Shown here piece by piece: positions 48,708 to 53,346 of a DNA stretch of 53,346 nt. Origin of the DNA: a virus (taxonomy: Duplodnaviria > Caudoviricetes); IMG/VR virus record IMGVR_UViG_3300048065_000224, positions 1 to 53,346 of that record. One strand, 5' to 3'. How positions within the stretch are numbered: position 1 is the stretch's first letter; each line of letters opens with the position of its first letter. Below the pieces are notes generated by a model. The model did not search any database. It saw only the letters and a program-made list of their open reading frames with translations, and was not told the DNA's origin. A program made the position numbers and the translations under genes.

Positions 48708-49099
48708 TGTTAACAGCGTTAATAGGTCCTATTGCTAATCTTGCAGGTTCGTGGATGGAAAGCAAGGTAGAGAAAGTCAAGGCTGATGGTCAAGCTAAAG
48801 TAGCACAAGCCAAAGCTAAAGCAGTCGTCGCAGAAAAAGTAGCAGCAGGAGAAGTTGCTTGGGAGAAGTCTATGGCAGATGCCACAGATGGATCGTGGAA
48901 AGACGAGTTTGCACTTATTGTCCTTCTACTACCTGCTATATTAGTCTTCATTCCTAGCATGACAGAATATGTACGAGCAGGGTTTGAAGTTTTGAATACG
49001 TTACCAGATTGGTATCAGTATCTTTTATTTATAGCCGTTAGTTCTTCTTTTGGAATTAAGGGTGTTGGTCAAGCGATGAAACTGATGGGGAAAAAGTGA
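48707..49099 (+). CDS. Putative holin
   Basis: SWKDEF-TM...LPDWYQY-TM-SSFG pattern, upstream of the lysozyme. Confidence 0.6.
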   Translation: MLTALIGPIANLAGSWMESKVEKVKADGQAKVAQAKAKAVVAEKVAAGEVAWEKSMADATDGSWKDEFALIVLLLPAILVFIPSMTEYVRAGFEVLNTLPDWYQYLLFIAVSSSFGIKGVGQAMKLMGKK

Positions 49100-49341
49100 T
49101 GTCAAACATAATTGAAACAAACTTCGGTACATTAATTAATCCTGCGAGAGTAGCAAATGGAAGTGCTTCTAGTATTGTAAAGAAGGGAGCTTTCTACATA
49201 TTCTCACTCAAGATAAGCAACGATGATATAAGAGAGTATTCTTTTACTGACAGACAAAGAGCAGAAAAGATGAGAAAGATTCTTGTAAGCCACTTAGAAC
49301 ACATGATTAGTGATACAGCGAGGAAAGCAAATGGCAGCTAA
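49099..49341 (+). CDS. Hypothetical protein
   Basis: Coupled ORF. Confidence 0.65.
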   Translation: MSNIIETNFGTLINPARVANGSASSIVKKGAFYIFSLKISNDDIREYSFTDRQRAEKMRKILVSHLEHMISDTARKANGS

Positions 49342-49495
49342 GAAAAAGAAAAGCAGTAGTCCTAAACCAAAGAACCCAAAGCTCTATGCTTCAGTAAAAG
49401 CTGCGGCCAAGAAGAAATTCAAGGTGTACCCGTCAGCATATGCAAATGCTTGGTTAGTACGTGAGTACAAGAAGCGTGGAGGTACATACGCATAA
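49331..49495 (+). CDS. Small basic protein
   Basis: PKNPKLY...KFKVYPSAYANAWLVREYKKRGGTY. Confidence 0.7.
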   Translation: MAAKKKKSSSPKPKNPKLYASVKAAAKKKFKVYPSAYANAWLVREYKKRGGTYA

Positions 49496-49767
49496 TGGCT
49501 AAACCTAAAGGCGGATTGACTAAGTGGTTTAAAGAGGATTGGCGGGATGTCAAGACAGGCGAAAAGTGTGGTAGGTCTGGTAAAGAAAAGAAGTCTCGAC
49601 CGTATCCTGCATGTAGACCTAAAGCAGTAGCCAGTAGAATAACTAAACAAGAAGCAAAGAAAAAGACAGGACCTGCGAAGGTAAAATGGTCTGTTACTGC
49701 ATCAGGTAAGCAAAGAAAAGCATGTGGGGGTAAAGTACACAGAGGAAGAAAGGCACAAATGGCATGA
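49495..49767 (+). CDS. Small basic protein
   Basis: GLTKWFKEDW.DVKTG..CGRS...YPACRP. Confidence 0.7.
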   Translation: MAKPKGGLTKWFKEDWRDVKTGEKCGRSGKEKKSRPYPACRPKAVASRITKQEAKKKTGPAKVKWSVTASGKQRKACGGKVHRGRKAQMA

Positions 49768-50249
49768 AGTATGAACGCAGTGAATTAGTTAAGATGATAG
49801 CTTTACACGAGGGACTTCGATTACAAGTCTATCAGGACCATTTAGGCATAGATACGATTGGAATCGGTCGTAACTTGGAAGACAGGGGTATTACAGACGG
49901 TGAGCTATCTTTCATAAACAAAACTATGAAAGATGTTTACGAGACAGGTCTTACCGAAGAAGAAGCGTACTATCTCTGCATGAATGACATAGCAATTGTA
50001 GAAAAAGAGCTACTAGAACGAAAGCCTATTGTAAATCAACTTAACGATGTACGACAAATGGTGCTTGTAGACATGGCATTTAATATGGGTGTTCCTCGTC
50101 TTATGAAATTTAAGAACATGTGGATGGCGATAGAAAAAGTAAACTATCCTTTAGCTTGTGAAGAGATGATTGATTCGAGATGGGCTAATCAAGTAGGCAA
50201 CAGAGCTATGAAGTTATCCCTAGCTATGAAAAATGGAGAGTGGATATGA
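49764..50249 (+). CDS. Endolysin, T4-type lysozyme (GH24)
   Basis: HEGLRLQVYQDHLGIDTIGIGRNL (E-x8-D-x5-T triad), MAFNMG, SRWANQVGNRA. Confidence 0.9.
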   Translation: MKYERSELVKMIALHEGLRLQVYQDHLGIDTIGIGRNLEDRGITDGELSFINKTMKDVYETGLTEEEAYYLCMNDIAIVEKELLERKPIVNQLNDVRQMVLVDMAFNMGVPRLMKFKNMWMAIEKVNYPLACEEMIDSRWANQVGNRAMKLSLAMKNGEWI

Positions 50250-50521
50250 CTGAAAAAAATAAAAGAATTGATAGAGGGGTAGTATCTGATAAAATGCGTA
50301 AAAGATATCAAGTTCCGAGATCTGCACAACAAGACAATAATGTGTTTAATGACGATCGAACAAAACGAAAAGTCTACAGTCATTACACAGGAATGGTAGT
50401 ATCTGATAAAAAACCTGAAACTTACAAAATTAGAAATATTGCCGTAGAAAAAATAAAAACAGAAACTAAAGAAGCGATAGAAAAAAGAATGTTCGGAGGA
50501 AAACGTGGAACAAAAGCGTAG
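50246..50521 (+). CDS. Hypothetical basic protein
   Basis: GGAG RBS; ends RMFGGKRGTKA. Confidence 0.6.
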   Translation: MTEKNKRIDRGVVSDKMRKRYQVPRSAQQDNNVFNDDRTKRKVYSHYTGMVVSDKKPETYKIRNIAVEKIKTETKEAIEKRMFGGKRGTKA

Positions 50522-50621
50522 ATGCGAAACATGTGAATGTTACGAGTGTGACTGCGAAGAGTGCAATTGCGAATGCCACACAGAAAAAAAGAATGAGGAG
50601 GTACAAGGAGTACCAGTGTGA
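50505..50621 (+). CDS. 38-aa Cys-rich metallothionein-like peptide (not in ORF track)
   Basis: GGAGG RBS, GTG start, CETCECYECDCEECNCECH. Confidence 0.6.
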   Translation: MEQKRRCETCECYECDCEECNCECHTEKKNEEVQGVPV

Positions 50622-50800
50622 TTGAGTTCGTACTAGTGGTTATGATGGGATTAAAGATAATAGACCAAACACAAACCTTCGATAACATAGATAGATGTTT
50701 GTACTTTGCAGTAAGATTAAATGATCAAGCATCTATACCACAAAGGGAAGGACCTAACTTACAAATAACAGCGTATTGTAAACCAACAAGAAAGAAGTGA
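50618..50800 (+). CDS. Small protein with hydrophobic N-terminus
   Basis: AAGGAG RBS; FVLVVMM...C...AYCKP. Confidence 0.65.
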   Translation: MIEFVLVVMMGLKIIDQTQTFDNIDRCLYFAVRLNDQASIPQREGPNLQITAYCKPTRKK

Positions 50801-50801
50801 C

Positions 50802-50936
50802 ATGCCACTAAAGAAGGGTAAATCTAAAAAGACAATCTCTGCAAACATACGAACAGAGATAAGAAGCGGCAAGCCACAAAAGCAAGCTGTTGCTATAGCA
50901 CTATCCAAAGCAGGTAAAAGTAAGAGGAAAAAGTAA
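50802..50936 (+). CDS. 44-aa basic protein (not in ORF track)
   Basis: [16 protein letters not shown]...[16 protein letters not shown], a pattern common in phage small proteins. Confidence 0.7.
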   Translation: MPLKKGKSKKTISANIRTEIRSGKPQKQAVAIALSKAGKSKRKK

Positions 50937-51380
50937 GTGTTAGCAGAATTAGCCGCAGCAAATGCCGCCTTTTCGGTTATTAAGCAGTTTGTGTCCAACG
51001 GGAAAGAACTGAGTGGATGTGCGAAACATATAAGTGATTTTGTATTTTCAAAGGAAGCAATAGAAAAGAACCTTAAAAAGAAAAAGGCTAAAGGTGTAGG
51101 AGGTTCAGACTTAGAAGAGTTCATGGCTCTTGAGCAGATAAAAGAAAAAGAAGAAGAACTCAAGAAAATGATGATCTATTTAGGTCGACCCGGATTGTGG
51201 CAAGATTGGCAAGCCTTTCAAGCTGAAGCTCGTAAATCTAGACGTTACCAAGAAAAAATGGAAGAGAAGCGTAGAGAAGAGTTGATGGAATACGTAGGCT
51301 ACGGAATAGCCTTTATAGTTGTATTATTCTTTGCAGGATTGATGGCATGGTTTGCAGGCAAGTGGATGGGAAGATTTTGA
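50937..51380 (+). CDS. Coiled-coil protein with C-terminal TM helix
   Basis: MLAELAAANAAF... with hydrophobic C-terminus. Confidence 0.7.
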   Translation: MLAELAAANAAFSVIKQFVSNGKELSGCAKHISDFVFSKEAIEKNLKKKKAKGVGGSDLEEFMALEQIKEKEEELKKMMIYLGRPGLWQDWQAFQAEARKSRRYQEKMEEKRREELMEYVGYGIAFIVVLFFAGLMAWFAGKWMGRF

Positions 51381-51493
51381 GTCCGTGCGTGGGTGTCTGT
51401 ACGTTGAAAGACAATGTGTGCATAGGCTGTAAGCGAACTATAGAAGAAATTAAAAAGGCGTACGAAGATACAAAGAGATTGACATTTAGCTAA
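51362..51493 (+). CDS. DUF1289-like Cys-rich small protein (not in ORF track)
   Basis: SPCVGVCTL...VCIGCKRTIEEI; start uncertain (51362 or 51377). Confidence 0.65.
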   Translation: MDGKILSPCVGVCTLKDNVCIGCKRTIEEIKKAYEDTKRLTFS

Positions 51494-51507
51494 TCTATCT
51501 GTATAAT
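51479..51507 (+). promoter_or_regulatory. Perfect sigma70 consensus promoter
   Basis: TTGACA-17 nt-TATAAT, followed by AAGGAG RBS. Confidence 0.85.
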
Positions 51508-51526
51508 CCCTAAAAGGAGTACACCT

Positions 51527-51730
51527 ATGAAGAAACTAGCCGCACAAGCTTTAGCTTTTCAATATCAACTACAAATAGAAAATGCACAAGCAATACTTAA
51601 CGCCAATAATACAACATTAGACACAATAGATAAAGCATTAAAAGATATTATTGAAATAAATCAAAAATTACAAATGATAAACGGTATGATGGCAGATGCT
51701 GTCAAGGAAACAGAAAAAGAAACTTCATAG
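51527..51730 (+). CDS. Small coiled-coil protein
   Basis: AAGGAG RBS directly after the consensus promoter. Confidence 0.75.
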   Translation: MKKLAAQALAFQYQLQIENAQAILNANNTTLDTIDKALKDIIEINQKLQMINGMMADAVKETEKETS

Positions 51731-51936
51731 CAACGTGTACAAAGTACTTAAAACAAAAAAAAAATTTAAAGATACTTATACCAGTTAACGCTAAACCTAT
51801 CAGATTTCTTACACAAAGACAAATAGAAAACATAGATAGGTATTTAAGAAATCCATTTAGAGTAAGTAAGATACGTGAACATTATAGACGTATTAGCAAA
51901 CTCAAAGAGAAACTTAAAGTAGAAAAAATAAAATAA
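51696..51936 (+). pseudogene. Basic small gene interrupted by a frameshift at an A10 tract
   Basis: ATG 51696 frame stops at 51788. Removing one A from 51755-64 joins it to an open frame ending TAA 51936. Confidence 0.4.
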
Positions 51937-52686
51937 ATGTCCATCACTTCATACCCAAATGTAATTACTTTTAGTGGTGGTGTAGGATCATACCCTTACT
52001 TCTTACAAGTATCTCGTGGTCTTATTGAGGGACACAAGCGTGTATTTAAGTTTGGATACAACGGCGTAATACAAAACGTAGAAGAGACTATTTGGGATGT
52101 AGGTGGTTTATATGCTTACCCATCTAGTGCTGTAACAATGACAGCGACAAGTAGTTCAGGTGCTACAGACGAAAACGTACAAGTTACGATTCAAGGTTTA
52201 GATGCAAGTTACAACGAATTATCTGAAACAGTAACACTAAACGCATCAGGAACTGCAACAACAACAGGTAGCTTCTTACGTGTGTATCGTGGTTTTGTAG
52301 CAAGTGGTACAGCATCGGCAGGTAACATCACAATTGCAAATGGTGGAACAACCTATGCGTATCTGTCATCTGCTGACCAACAGACTTTGATGGCACTATG
52401 GACTGTGCCTGCAGGTTATACAGCTTATTTGTTTCAGATAGATACAACAGCATTTACAGTACAGAACAATAAAGTTGCTACGATAAGAATGTTAACAAGA
52501 GAATTGAATGGCGTATTTCGTACTCAAAATAAGTTTGATTTGTTTGAAGGCTCGTATCATCAAGACATTACCTGCCCACAGCCGATACCTGAAAAAACAG
52601 ATATTGAGTTTCGTGCGATAGCGGATAGTTCAAATGCTGACTTACGAGTTGCTGCGACTTTTGATATTATTTATATAGAGAACTAA
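51937..52686 (+). CDS. Beta-rich virion structural protein
   Basis: VFKFGYN...ETIWD.GG.Y...QTLMALWTVPAGYTAY...PIPEKTDIEFRA. Confidence 0.65.
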   Translation: MSITSYPNVITFSGGVGSYPYFLQVSRGLIEGHKRVFKFGYNGVIQNVEETIWDVGGLYAYPSSAVTMTATSSSGATDENVQVTIQGLDASYNELSETVTLNASGTATTTGSFLRVYRGFVASGTASAGNITIANGGTTYAYLSSADQQTLMALWTVPAGYTAYLFQIDTTAFTVQNNKVATIRMLTRELNGVFRTQNKFDLFEGSYHQDITCPQPIPEKTDIEFRAIADSSNADLRVAATFDIIYIEN

Positions 52687-52688
52687 GC

Positions 52689-53027
52689 ATGGCTGAACGT
52701 AAAAAAAGAACCGTTGCTTTAGAACTAACAACAGCCAACCAAGATATTTACACAGTGCCTGCACGATTTACAACCGAAGTAAACAGCATATATATTAACA
52801 ATGCTTCTAGTTCTTTGGTTACATTTAGTTTAGATTGGTACGATGCAGCATCAACAACGTTCTATACTTTAGCTGAACTTGTTGAACTACCTGCAAATTC
52901 ACTACTACAGATTACAGATTATCCTTTGTATTTGATTGGTAGTGATAAGATACGAGGTCTTGCAAGTGCAAACAGTGCTGTAAATATAACAGTATCCCTA
53001 GAGGAGTTCTTTCAGACTTCTCTATAA
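52689..53027 (+). CDS. Small virion structural protein
   Basis: IYTVP...SIYINN...L...DKIRG beta-sandwich pattern. Confidence 0.6.
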   Translation: MAERKKRTVALELTTANQDIYTVPARFTTEVNSIYINNASSSLVTFSLDWYDAASTTFYTLAELVELPANSLLQITDYPLYLIGSDKIRGLASANSAVNITVSLEEFFQTSL

Positions 53028-53047
53028 TTAAGCCGAAGGAGAGATAA

Positions 53048-53346
53048 ATGGCTATTACAACTGCGATGTGTACTAGTTTTAAATCAGAGTTATTAGGTGG
53101 TTTACACGACCTTGATACTGATACACTTAAACTAGCACTTATTAAAGCATCCCCATCAGGTACATATGGTGCTGCTACAACTAACTATTCTGACGTAACA
53201 GGTAACTCTGACGAAGCAAGCGGTACAAATTATACTGCAGGTGGGTCAAACTTAGTTGGTGCAACTATTGCAACAGATGGCACAACTGCTACTTTAGATT
53301 TTACTACTGACTTAGTATTCAGTAACGTAACTGTATCTGCTGATGG
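53048..53346 (+). CDS. 5' part of virion structural protein (continues to 269)
   Basis: AAGGAGAG RBS; MAITTAMCTSFKSELLGGLHDLDTDTLKLAL... Confidence 0.8.
   Translation, partial: MAITTAMCTSFKSELLGGLHDLDTDTLKLALIKASPSGTYGAATTNYSDVTGNSDEASGTNYTAGGSNLVGATIATDGTTATLDFTTDLVFSNVTVSAD
53220..53346. repeat. Terminal direct repeat, copy 2
   Basis: Identical to bases 1-127. Confidence 0.95.

Noticed and set aside
1-53346. tRNA genes, introns/inteins, phage RNA polymerase
   Set aside because: None recognised by eye; RNR, TerL and helicase have normal lengths. tRNAscan-SE was not run.

Overview
The window is an apparently complete ~53.2 kb marine podovirus-like phage genome. Bases 1-127 are repeated exactly at 53220-53346, and one gene runs across that junction. 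Its PolA carries a DnaJ-like CxxCxGxG insert, which together with a class II RNR, primase, SF4 helicase, Cas4-like exonuclease and T7-like endonuclease I, and no recognisable RNA polymerase, points to the HMO-2011-type group (host probably an alphaproteobacterium; inference). There are three modules: replication genes on the - strand (19.7-29.5 kb); early/accessory genes on the + strand (29.6-35.9 kb, with a C5 DNA methyltransferase); and packaging, capsid, lysis and tail genes on the + strand (36.5 kb round to 19.7 kb). The most notable observations are: (1) a terminator-bounded hairpin at 30070-30174 whose loop is the exact complement of the GAAAGGAAA ribosome-binding motif of about ten early/replication genes, a candidate anti-Shine-Dalgarno sRNA switch; (2) a tyrosine-recombinase catalytic domain fused to an ejection-protein-like tail between terminase and portal; (3) a DNA polymerase split into separate exonuclease and polymerase genes; (4) divergent promoters, 26-bp tandem repeats and a long leader hairpin upstream of terS; (5) twin hairpins with a conserved core before the scaffold gene; and (6) strong word biases (CCWGG avoidance, strand-biased TGTCA). 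All calls come from reading motifs by eye; no searches were run.
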